From NCBI RefSeq assembly GCF_964355755.1, contig NC_092673.1:25912269-25976268 (forward strand): 64,000 bases of DNA, read 5' to 3'. Under the pieces are notes generated by a model. It was not told the origin of the DNA, did no database searches, and was given only the letters and a program-made list of their open reading frames with translations. This DNA comes from Antedon mediterranea. Lineage: Eukaryota > Animalia > Echinodermata. The position numbers were made by a program, and so were the translations under genes. Of the stretch, positions 12,817-24,009 are shown in pieces (positions within the stretch are counted from its first letter, which is position 1; each line of letters starts with the position of its first letter).

Positions 12817-13617
12817 CTATAACAAAAATGTCTTTTATGTAAAAAATATAATTTCAATTAAAACATGACCTTTGTTAAAATATTTTTGAGATAATAAATA
12901 AACATCACAGGCATAGAAAAACTGTTCGGTGATATATTGAAATTTAAATAATTAATTTGAAACGATTAAGATGAGGAAATCTGTGAAAATGAAAAACCTT
13001 CTGCTTGATATGTAGATGTCCTACAGTAACCATTAGACCACTAGGGCTTTCATGTTATTGCTCAAATTTGATTGGATAGTGACTCTCGGCATGGTACGAT
13101 GGAACAGCACTAGTCCATCAATTGTACTCACGTGCACCAGAGATATATATTCATTTTTTTTAAATATAATTACGCCTAAGGATAGGACAGTAATATAATG
13201 ATGAAAATAGGTGGCAGTGTGTTCACAAGACAAAACATTGGAATTGGATAGGATTCAAATCTAAGGCCTCTGTTTTTAGGTAACATCCACTAATCTAGAA
13301 CTTCACATGGAGAAAAGGAAAATACCTGAAAATGCTTTTTAGTACAGTAGGCCAATTTAATACTACCAGTAGGATAATAATATTTAATTATACTGACCAT
13401 AACCATATTCAGGAAACAATTTTGCATATCATCTTCCAAAGATCATATTTCCACACAAATGGAGATTATTTATTCAAAGTGTTTACATTTACCAAATATT
13501 AATTATGATAAATTAATTAACTAATTTTATTTTGGTTGTTAATAATGTTATTAAATTGTAATAAAATCGACTGTTTGACGATTCATAAAAATAAAAATAA
13601 TAAATTAAAATTGTTAC

Positions 13618-13794
13618 CTGCTAGCTACAGTAGATCCTGGTAGGCCAAATCTATCGTAATCGCCCCCATATATGTCTTGTACTAACTTGTCACAGTTTGA
13701 ACTATCTCCCTTGGCAGCCATCTCTATTGCTTCTTCAAATGTTTTACAACCAGTCAATAGGCAACTTAGACCTAGGAATGTACCTCCACCTAGG
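13618..13794 (-). CDS. PANK: Pantothenate kinase exon 4: (S)[58 protein letters not shown](S)
   Basis: Reverse-complement translation of 13618-13794. Acceptor tctctttctcag|C joins the AG carried over from exon 3 to make Ser. The exon ends AGC AG|GTAACA. It matches human [58 protein letters not shown]. Confidence 0.85.
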
Positions 13795-13925
13795 CTGAGA
13801 AAGAGAAATGAAAAGTTTCAATATTCAATAAGCAACTTAGACCTAAGAATGTACCTCCACCTAGGCTGAGAAAGAGAATTGAAAAGTTTCATCAGTGAAT
13901 AAGCAACGCTGCAGTAAGCAACTTA
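13795..13925 (-). other. Tandem duplication of about 65 bp of the PANK intron-3 / exon-4 boundary. An upstream decoy copy of the 3' splice site plus the first 39 nt of exon 4 sits inside the intron
   Basis: The minus-strand sequence ...ctttctcag|CCTAGGTGGAGGTACATTC(T/C)TAGGTCTAAGTTGC... occurs twice, at about 13866 and at 13794. Reading from the upstream copy hits a stop (…[15 protein letters not shown]), so only the 13794 copy can give a functional mRNA. Confidence 0.7.
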
Positions 13926-13927
13926 GA

Positions 13928-14222
13928 CCCCATTTATACTTACAATTTGGCCCAGGCTGGATTCACATTTAACTGTTTGGGCCCAATCCAGCGTGTTTAC
14001 ATTCCAAACGATGGCCCTGAAGATTAATTTTACTTCATTTCTGAAGCCATTGATCACAGCATAAGCTGGCCCAAACGTAAAAGCAGCTCCTAGACATACT
14101 CAAGAGGTGGTCCAGATCTGCATCCGGCCCAGGGCTGGCCTACATTTATGGAGTGTTTACACTTACCGATTGGCCACCGACCGCCGGCCTTGGGCCAAAT
14201 AGTAAGTGTAAATGGGGTCTTT
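13928..14222. mobile_element. About 295-bp MITE with about 30-bp TIRs (gaccccatttatacttacaatttggcccagg / cctt gggccaaatagtaagtgtaaatggggtc), in PANK intron 3 directly beside the exon-4 acceptor duplication
   Basis: The inverted termini are read directly. Confidence 0.7.
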
Positions 14223-14804
14223 AGTACCAGGAAGTAACAAACAGTACAGTAAAACAATTATTTATTTTACTATTTACAGAACACTTAATACTATTGTTAC
14301 CGAAATGTCTATTTTAATAAGCAATTCATTTAATATTCTTTATGTTGATTTAATTAATTTACATAAAAAACATGTTTGGAAAACAAGTACCACAATCAAA
14401 AAATAAATGACATATTCAAATTCGGTGATGTATTTTTCAAAGATATTTTCTCTAATACAGTATACTGTAACTATAAGCATTATTTAATTTATACTTAAAA
14501 GGCTAAATATGGTATTTTCAAAATCGATGACCATTTGGTTCAAGCGGTTCATCAGATAACTGAGATTCTATTACATAAAACAATACAATGTATTATATAG
14601 ATACTGTGGAAACTATAACACTGATACTTTAATATCCATGCTAATCAGAATCATTGGTCTCAAACAGATGTTTAATTCTAAAATATTGTTATTCTAAAAT
14701 CGGATAATAAAATTATTAACACAAAGCAAAAATAATACACAGTAGAATTAAAATGATTATTTAGGTCCAGATGTTTCAATTAAAAATGTTAAATTTGTTT
14801 ACAA

Positions 14805-14990
14805 ATACAGTCAATTCTTTCAACGACTTTCTGAAAACCAGAAACTTTCCTAATACCTTTTCTTGGGGAACAAAATGTCCCTAATTCCTTTAAACCATTA
14901 AAAACATATTCCGAATACCAGACTTTCCAGAAAACCAGTATATTTGGCCAGCCCAAAGGTATCTGTCTGGTATTGGGAGAGTTGACTGTA
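14805..14990. mobile_element. Hairpin MITE-like element (caaatacagtcaattctttcaacgactttctgaaaaccag...ggtattgggagagttgactgtattg)
   Basis: The arms are imperfect inverted repeats with a shared ccagactttccagaaaacc motif. Confidence 0.5.
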
Positions 14991-15644
14991 TTGATAAAGT
15001 GATGTAGTGTTTTTACACAATAAAATAAGTATGATACTGTACTTAAATTTACTTTACTGTAATATTATAAAGCTATTTTAATATTGTTTTCATTTTAAAA
15101 TTCATCAATTATCATTTAATTATTGAATAATAAATAAATCACAGTTTATGAGCCTGGATTTTGCAAAAAAAAAATAAATGAATAATTGACTAATAGTAAT
15201 ATTTTTTATTATCATAAATCACGCAACTTCATGAATTAGAATTTTAAAATAGCGTGCAAACATGCGGCAGAAATGATAATTGCGACAAGTTTTATAATAA
15301 ATTATTCACATTTTAAATGGCAAGTTTGAAAGGTGAACAGCGATTAGCAACGCATATTATCTGCTTCTTACGGCAATGTATGATACGTCCGTATGTAAAC
15401 AAGGACATTCCTATAAATTTAATTATTGGTGATGTTATAAATGATATAAGGTACTGCAGCAGACTGTGGACCTTAAATTTGACGATTATGAATATGCTAT
15501 ATAGTGATAATAATTGGTTGTACAAATTTATGTTGATTATCTTGGTGATGCCTGGTGATAAATATTTAAGGTGATGGTGATAAATATTTAAGATGATATT
15601 TTATATTAATGTATACATAAATATATAAATCCAAAGGCAAATTA

Positions 15645-16445
15645 TGGAAAAAAATGACAATGATGTGGGTATCAGTGGCTGGATCTCAATGGAGATACAA
15701 ATAAAATAAACTCTGTAAAAATGACAATAATGTGGATATCAGTGGCTGGATCTCAATCCAATGGAGATACAAAATAAAATAAGCACTGAAAAAATGACAA
15801 TGATGTGGGTATCAGTGGCTGGATCTCAATGGAGATACAAAAAAAATAAACACTGAAAAAATGACAATGATGTGGGTATCAGTGGCTGAATCTCAATGGA
15901 GATACAAAAAAAAATAAACACTGAAAAAATGACAATGATGTGGGTATCAGTGGATGGATCTCAATGGAGATACAAAAAAATAAACACTGAAAAAATGACA
16001 ATGATGTGTGTACCAGTGGCTGGATCTCAATGGAGATACAAAAAAAATAAACACTGAAAAAATGACAATGATGTGGGTATCAGTGGCTGGATCTCAATGG
16101 AGATACAAATAAAATAAACTCTGAAAAAATGACAATAATGTGGATATCAGTGGCTGGATCTCAATAGAGATACAAAATAAAATAAGCACTGAAAAAATGA
16201 CAATGATGTGGGTATCAGTGGCTGGATCTCAATGGAGATACAAATAAAATAAACTCTGAAAAAATGACAATGATGTGGGTATCAGTGGCTGGATCTCAAT
16301 AGAGATACAAACAAAATAAACTCTCAAAAAATGACAATGCTGTGGATATCAGTGGCTGGATCTTAATAGAGATATACAAAATAAAATAAACTCTCAAAAA
16401 TGACAATACTGTGGGTATCAGTGGCTGGATCTTAATGGCGATACA
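15645..16445. repeat. About 64-bp minisatellite, about 13 copies (aaaaatgacaatgatgtgggtatcagtggctggatctcaatggagatacaaa(t)aaaataaacactg), in PANK intron 3 about 200 bp from exon 3
   Basis: Tandem copies. The array ends ...caaaaaaaagcaaaaagctaaatcaaaacga. Single-unit relatives with the same tail lie at 28660-28710 and 56850-56935, so it is a dispersed element carrying an expandable array. Confidence 0.9.
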
Positions 16446-16663
16446 AAAAAAAGCAAAAAGCTAAATCAAAACGACTAAACAACCAGAAAAATTCATCTTC
16501 ACCTTTATCAGTGCAAGTTAATTCTTTGAATTAATTTTTTTTTTTACCATTTGTAAATATTGAATCGATTCTGTTGTTTTACTGCAAAATCAAATTTTTT
16601 TAATTAATAAATCAGAATGAAAATCATCAAGCATATTAACATTATATTACATATATAACATAC

Positions 16664-16914
16664 CTAGTTCCGGACACCCTACGGAATTTATCTTGTGACT
16701 CCACAACTAAAATGCTCACTCCTGATCCGATATTAACGACCATGTACGGATACGGGTCTCGGAAGTCAAAGGGTGTTTTAACGCTGTCTTCTAGATTTTG
16801 AGGATTCGGGTTTTTCCAATAATAACATTCATTGTTTATATGTTCATCAATAAAATGGATACCTTTGATCAAACAGTTTAATTCATCATGTTTTTGTAAA
16901 CTCATGTTCACTGT
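16664..16914 (-). CDS. PANK: Pantothenate kinase exon 3: TVNMSLQKHDELNCLIKGIHFIDE...NPYPYMVVNIGSGVSILVVESQDKFRRVSGT(S)
   Basis: This is ORF 16642..16911(-) from the track. Acceptor tttatctttag is at 16915-16920 and the exon ends ...ACT AG|GTATGT, carrying 2 nt. It matches human LHKLDELDCLIQG...NPYPMLLVNMGSGVSILAV...YKRVTGTS. Confidence 0.9.
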
Positions 16915-17367
16915 CTAAAGATAAAGAAAAAAATATATTACAAATTATAATGAAAATGATTTTTCTCATAGTGAGAAAAACTATAAAGTCAGGCATACGC
17001 AGCCCTGAAGTTTTTCAAATGAATAGACTGTTTTTATTTTGCGTTTTCTGAAAGATTGTATCAATTATATTGCGCATAAACTTATTTGGCAAAAGGCTTC
17101 CTACTAGGAGTTTTATCAGAATGATAATCTATATTGTGTTGACAAATCTTGTAACATGACCACAGTGCTGATTATTCTATTTTCAAAACTTGAATGTAAT
17201 GGGAAAGTGGACAGCAGTCATGTAAGAAGATTATATAACAATAGTTTCTGTAATTCTACTTGATTTGTTTTTGATTTGTCGGCCAATTGATTGTTTTGCT
17301 TGAATGAGCACTTAGAAATACTCAGCTTGTTATAGAACACTTTACAAGCATTAATCCACACTCTCAG

Positions 17368-17497
17368 TCCTGTCTACACTATCAAACTTTATGTGATGTG
17401 CCCATATATGGACATGATGATGTCATATCACTACCATATTTGGGAATATCACTACTATATTTGGGCACATACCTCTTTTTTGATAGTGTAGACAAAG
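17368..17497. mobile_element. Hairpin MITE, family X (TIR gctctgtctacactatcaaacttt; internal palindrome gatgtgcccatatatgg...ccatatttgggcacatc), inside PANK intron 2
   Basis: The terminal inverted repeats ctgtctacactatcaaacttt and aaa..tgatagtgtagacaaagc are read directly. The same element recurs at six other places in the window. Confidence 0.8.
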
Positions 17498-17797
17498 CTT
17501 AAGAATGGCAAAGTGGAAGGTAGTCATTGTCACGTAACAATGATTTTATTTTGTCAGTGTTCTGCTCAGAAGAGCATCCAAAATGTTCCCATAATAAAGT
17601 TTATCAGGTGGTTTCATTCTATGGAAACACTTTACTGTACATGAACAATATTCACTCAATTGGAAAGTCAATCATTATCCATAACAACAATAGCCTCGTA
17701 TCATATTCAAATATTTGGATTTATTTATCAAATACACTAACCAGATTTTAGAAGGCCAAATTAAATTATACATTGTAGAATAAATAATAAAACTTAC

Positions 17798-18156
17798 TTC
17801 GTGAAATTCAGATTCAAATTTATAAGCACCGCCGCCCGTTGCATGAATAGTGTCCGCCAAGCTTCGTAAATTTTTGGCCTCTACCATTTCTAAAAATAGA
17901 TTCATACTTGCCGACGGAAAACGTATAAAATGTAAGGATCCTACATGGTCTAAAATCTGTATATTTTTCATTTCAAGGTGGACGTCCCTAATTCCTGTGT
18001 CGCCGTATGCAACGTTGGAAGTTAAATAATGACGAATGTTCTGCAACGTGTCCATCTCTATTTCTGGGTCATCTTCAGGACCAGTGACATCAGTAGGTTC
18101 AAAGTATACAAGTTTTGCCAGAGTTCCACCAATATCAACTCCAAACCATGGCATTG
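17798..18156 (-). CDS. PANK: Pantothenate kinase exon 2: (P)[20 protein letters not shown]...[16 protein letters not shown]
   Basis: This is ORF 17675..18154(-) from the track, trimmed to splice sites. Acceptor ttttctctag sits before CA-ATG and donor GAA|GTAAGT sits below 17798. It is strongly similar to the human PANK1/2/3 N-terminal core (PWFGMDIGGTLVKLVYFEP...IRDVHLE...LHFIRFP...[11 protein letters not shown]). Confidence 0.9.
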
Positions 18157-19739
18157 CTAGAGAAAAATATAATTGTTATTAGAACAAGAAGGTACAACTG
18201 AATCTTTTGTGCTTTAATATAAATAAAATATCTTTTATTTTGTAATATTTAAAATAATTTATTGGCCACAGTAGTAGATGACTGTAAATGTTTTGTATTT
18301 GATCCTACATTTCTATATGGATTGCATTTGTAGATGGATCTATCGATTACATGTGTATGTGTTTTGGATTGCATTTGTACATGTGTTTCTCTATGGTTCC
18401 TCAATGGTTCCTCAAAAGGGCATCTTTTATAGTATATCTATAATTAGTTTTATCATGCATTATGCAATATCTTGAAATGCATAATGCATACAGTAACCCA
18501 GTACATAAATTATGGGAGTACCAGTATTTGTTGCCGGTAGTAGTATTAGTAGTGTACATGGTGTGATCTATTCTAAACTATTAAAAAGTATTAAATGCTG
18601 GTTAGTTGCGTTTTTCTAATAGTTTAAATGAAACCGGGTCTGATCTACAATACAGTAAGATAATAATTTTAGGGAAAACGTTTATTGAAAATAACAACAT
18701 TTCTTTGTTTAGTCCAGTTTTCAAAATGTTTTACTGTTTTTACATATTTTGTTTGGTTATTACAGTATATTGTTTTTTGTATGTATTTTTATCGTGTTTT
18801 TTAACCTTAAGATACAAATGTAAATTACTAATTTATTTGACAATTAATTTGAACTTGAACTATAATTTATAACCTATAAAAAGAATAGGCGATTCCAACT
18901 GGTCTGTTTTGAGATCTACAGTTTCCCTCCTCGAACTCCTCGCTGTTTTTTATCTAAGCAGTGTGTGTAGATCTTTTGAGAGAGCGGTTTGAAGAGTCCG
19001 CAATAATTGACCAGTCGACTATGCCTATATTTATCACTGATGATAAGTTTTTGAAAATTGTAAAAACAGAAAAAATTGTATTCAATGACATAGGTAAGGT
19101 TTATTTAAAAAGGTGCCAGTACCTATAATAAATATGAAAATGAATTTATTCCAGTTGAAATTCAATGTGTGTAATAAGCTACCAGTAATAGTACTATCTA
19201 CACAAGAAGTAGGAGTTTATGAATGGCAATTGGCGTAATCGACTGGCAATTTCCGGTAATACTATTATAATTTATTTATTATTATTTATTATTTATTTTA
19301 TTTCAACAATATTTTACGAGGGTGGTCCGTCCAGCAGAAGCTGATTATTAGGGTGATATGATGATTTCAATAGAAATTGATAATGAAATGATAATTTCAA
19401 TCAATCCTCACCCCCCTATTTATGCAACATCACAGTAGATACTTTCTCATGGAATAAACAAGGGGCAACATTAGCCCACCACTATTTAAAATACACCGCT
19501 CCAAGGGGACATTGAGTTGGGTCCCAAAGCAAAGGTGTCCCTTCAATAGGGGTTTTACTGTCAACAAACTTCTCAACTATGCTAATAATGCTATTAGTAT
19601 TAAATCAAAAAAGAATGACAGATTCAAGTAAATGGGAATGTCGGAACCAATAACAGTTTGTAATGTTTTAATTTGATTTAGGCCTATAGAGTAGGTAGTA
19701 AGAAATACATTATAATAACAAGATTTTGGCTAAACTTAC

Positions 19740-19821
19740 GTGGTTTTCTAATAGAATTATGTCGTTGTCGTTTTCCTCTAACACACTGAGGGCAGCTCGT
19801 CTTGTCCTTCTCTGATTCCAT
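19740..19821 (-). CDS. PANK: Putative first coding exon of pantothenate kinase: M-E-S-E-K-D-K-T-S-C-P-Q-C-V-R-G-K-R-Q-R-H-N-S-I-R-K-P, ending with 1 nt of the next codon; donor GTAAGT immediately below 19740
   Basis: Minus-strand ATG at 19821..19819. The open frame ends at a consensus GTAAGT donor. Its phase (exon ends after codon position 1) exactly complements the 2-nt (CA) start of the next exon, which sits behind a ttttctctag acceptor at 18156, giving ...IRKP-P-MPWFG. Short exon with no homology support, so this is inference. Confidence 0.4.
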
Positions 19822-20699
19822 CTTTAAAACTTGCTTGGTTTGGTTACTACACCAATAACAACAGTGGGTATTGTGTTAGTACTGTGTTCAGTCGAGTGTT
19901 GACATACAAACGAGATAGCAGAGACACGCCTCCTACTTGAAGCAGCCCTCTATATACTGTATTAGTATGCACAGCCGCAAGCACAGAGTGGTGGCTCACT
20001 CACACACAGTCAACCTAGCCTACCCTCCTCTTCTCCAAAACTAGCTAGCCTAGGCCCAGTGTAATTAACCTACAATTTACACTTTATAAAGGCCAATTCC
20101 AAATAAAATAAATGTACATAATTAAAAAATCTATATAGATTACAAATATGCATTTATTTGTAGATTTGCTAATTGTTCTACACATACAAACTGTTGTTTT
20201 GTCTGCATGTTTCAGCAACTGTACTGCAGGAACGATGCATTTTCCGATAGTGGAACATCAGATCTCCTAACGTGATAAATATCATAAGACCGAATCTCTG
20301 ATTGGTCAGGAGATAGATTATTGCCATTCTAGCAGATACGATTTTGTATACCGGCATTGGTTATTAGAGCTATATTTCCTATACCATCCTGGCTAGTTGA
20401 GAATTCTCAACTATTTTATGTTTTTTTCTACCTTTCTGGAAAATGATATAATCCAAATTGTATTAATACTACCAGTAGTAAACATTTAGAAACACTTGCA
20501 TACCTTCACTAATTTTAGTTGTTTGTAGTTTAAGACAATCTTAGTGATATTTAAATGAAAACAATACCATAAAAACTATTGTGTCTGTATTTTACAAGAC
20601 TATGACTTCCGTATAACGTGCATTGTGGGTACTTCAATTTTTATAGAAAAGCTAGGGAATCCTAATTTAGTAGGTAGCATATGGGGGCGGGGCAACCAA

Positions 20700-21060
20700 A
20701 CTTGCTTATCAAATCAAAGCACAGTAAAGCAAAGGATAAAATTAATGTACGATCCAGTTTACCACTGTTCTCAACTATAGTAATTTTAGTATACTTGAGC
20801 ACAGTGATAAAGAATAGGATAAACTTAACAATATACAACAAATAGCATTAATGTACGATCCAGTTTAACACTGTTCTCAACTATAGACATTTTTGTATAC
20901 TTGAGCACAGTGATAAAGAATAGGATAAACTTAACAATATACAACAAAAAACATTAATGTACGATCCAGTTTAACACTGTTCTCAACTATAGTCATTTTG
21001 GTATACTTGAGAACAGTGATAAAGAATAGGATAAACTTAACAATATACAACAAATAACAT
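20700..21060. repeat. About 120-bp satellite, 3 copies (same family as 28020-28440)
   Basis: aaagcacagtaaagcaaaggataaaattaatgtacgatccagtttaccactgttctcaactatag... Confidence 0.85.
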
Positions 21061-21617
21061 TAAAGATGTATTGTCCCCCTGAACAAAAATTTTTTTTTTT
21101 TTAAAAGGCCATTTTAATGATACATAAAAGTTATTCACTTTGAAAAAAAATTGGATCAAAAAAAAAAATTATTTACCTTAGAAAATCGTAATTTAAAGTA
21201 AAAAATAGTCAACCGGAAGTCGGTTGGCTGGCAGCCAGCTGGCTTCCGGTTTAATTTAACCCTTGACCTGAATTAGCTTATGAATTATGCATATTGTATG
21301 ATTCTTGTGCGTGTATGTGACCTCTAGGTTATCAGAAAAAAAATACGACGTGATATGGCGAGACGACGATGTGGGAAAGTTCTGTAGTTTAACAACAAAA
21401 AAAACAACTCCTACTTGAAGAAAAGACTATGGCTAGGTCCTAGCAGATTGGTAAGTAAGAACTGTAGTTTCTATGGTGCAGCTTTGTTAGTTAGTACTAT
21501 AGGAAGCCTAGCTAGCCCATTACAGCTGTACTGGCTATCTAGTGTACTATCCCCTATCTATTGGCTAGGCCTAGAGTAGTAGCTAGTCTAGTAGTGGTAG
21601 TAGTACTGAATACAGGT

Positions 21618-23932
21618 CAACCCGTACCCATGCCAACTCGTACCCACCAACTCGTACCCAAATTTTGGCTTACTCGTACCCAAAATTTTGGCTGACCCGT
21701 ACCCATCATTGGCTGACCCGTACCCATCATTGGCTGGCCCGTACCCAAGTTTAATGCTATTTAAAGTATATTTATATTACATTTAAACCCAGTTTTATTA
21801 AATTTTTAGATACCAATCATATGTTCGATATTATAATGGCAAAAACTATTGACCTAAAATGTATAATAATATGTACAGACTCGTACGAAAAAAGCACAGC
21901 TTTCATCGTATTTCCGTACGTCGTATTTGGTAAAGTTAATACTTGAGGGCGCTGTTTTATATGGCTCTGTGGAAGATGTCAGTGGTCGGCTGTGCTGCAT
22001 TCTATTTTTTTTTCATTTATGAGTTATTAATCTATTATTTTCTACGAATAGTAGTACATGGAAATTGAAATACCCACTAGTCTGTGATGATGAAAACTTG
22101 AATTATTAAAAGTAAACATGAATATCTTTTATACATAATTTGTATTTTCATTTTATTTTACAGATAATGAAGTAATGTGCTTTTTGAAAATCGTTTTAAA
22201 ACGAATGGTTTTTGTTGTTTTGTTTTGCAAGTTTTGGAAAATAAAACTGTTTTAACATTTCGAAAATATTTAATACATTTTTAAATAGTCACTCGTATTT
22301 TAAAATCACGAAACTATTTAAGTGGATACCAGCCTCATTGCTGCTATGAGCATTTAGTAGTAGATTAGATTATTGCCGTTTATCTAGTATACAATGACGA
22401 TGTGAGAGTAATAATAAAAGGTAACTACTGTACTAACCTCCAATAATTTAACATTTAATTACAAACGACGACATTTGCTGTTATTACGTTTTCATTTTAT
22501 AATGATTATTACTGTATTATTATGACTAAAAACCGAAATAAATACTACTAAAACTTAAAAAAATCATCTTATCGCTGACAGATACGTAAGTACTCAGACA
22601 CGTTTATATTATTTTAGTAAATAAGACGACATCCGTTGCCATGGAAAAACGATCGTAGTTCATTTCATTTGTCTTATTTGACACATTATAGAATGCGTAT
22701 TTTTTTTTTTAAAGGGAATCCCTCGTCAGCAAAAACACGTAGCTGTAAGTTATTGAGGAAACATCTACCAAAAATGTTTAATTACCGTAAACAAACAGAT
22801 AATTTTACTGAATTATTTAAGAAAAAAAATAAATAGAAAACGATCATACGCCACATTGCGTTGCCTATTTTTGGACACACTACAAATGGACCCGTACAAA
22901 TGCGTTTTTTTTTTAAATAATAAAGAGGAATCCCCATTCAGCAAAAACACGTAGCTGTTATAGAAGAAAATCTGCCAAAATGTTTAATTGCCTTAGGCTA
23001 CAGTACGACAGTACGTGTATATGATCATTTCACTGAATTATTAATAAATAAAATATATGGAAAATGATCATACGTCATTACTAAGTCGTCTCTTTGACGC
23101 CGGCCCTATAAATGCGTGTTTTTTATAATTAAAGGTTAATCCCGGTCAGAAAAAACACGTAACACGAAATCTACGAGTAATTCGACCCCATAGCCCGGCA
23201 GGCTTTTTGCTTAAAACAGGGTGTTGTTAATTCAACCAATTTTAAATATACCAAATACAATAGAAATAATTACTTGATCGAATGTAATCAGGGAAGATAA
23301 TTAGAATAAAATAAAAGAATAAAAATTGATAAGTATAAAATTATACGTTGTTGGTACTTTACCTGGGCTTAATTGAATTGTAATACTAACTATACAACAG
23401 TTAAAATATTTTTTTTATTAATTAATGTTCTCTTACGTAAATAAAAAAGACACATCAAACATACGTTTATAAAACTATAATACTAGATTTAAATAAATGT
23501 TAACAAATATATGCCTAATTAAACGAAGTCTACAATCAAATCAATGGTCATTTTTATTAGCACACATTTCACCGAGACCTGTAAAATAAAAAAAACAATT
23601 TAAATATAAAAATATTCATACGGCAAAAGCATACCACTAGTTTTGCGCCGATCAAATCATTACAAGTAATTATTTAAATTGGGTACGAGTAGGCCAAATA
23701 ATGGGTACGAGTAAGCCAAAAATGGGTACGGGTAAGCCAAAAAATCGGTACGAGTAAGCCAAATACTTGGGTACGAGTAAGCCAAATATTTAGGTACGAG
23801 TTGGCATGGGTACGGGTTGGTTTGGGTACGGGTTAGCCAAAGTGGGTACGAGTTGACCAATTATTTGGGTACGGGTTAGCCAAGTTGGGTACGAGTTGGC
23901 ATGGGTACGGGTTGGTTTGGGTACGGGTTGAC
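21618..23932. mobile_element. Foldback-type element 1, about 2.3 kb. The arms (21618-21755 and 23671-23932) are built from 10-20-bp subrepeats of the ctcgtaccca / gggtacgag type. The interior carries three copies of a unit of roughly 215 bp
   Basis: The outer termini ggtcaacccgtaccc... and ...gggtacgggttgacc are reverse complements. The internal tandem units lie at about 22690-22780, 22890-22960 and 23100-23160 (…aaagggaatccctcgtcagcaaaaacacgtagctg…). Confidence 0.65.
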
Positions 23933-24009
23933 CAGCACCCGTAGTACTAGGCCTAGTTGTAGGCCTGAGTGAGGGTTCACCCTGAGTGAGTAGCAGGCCT
24001 AGCTAATAC

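Noticed and set aside
17675-17797. 3' part of ORF 17675..18154(-) beyond …SEFHE ([11 protein letters not shown]…)
   Set aside because: It reads through the GTAAGT donor into intron 2, and homology to PANK stops exactly at the donor.
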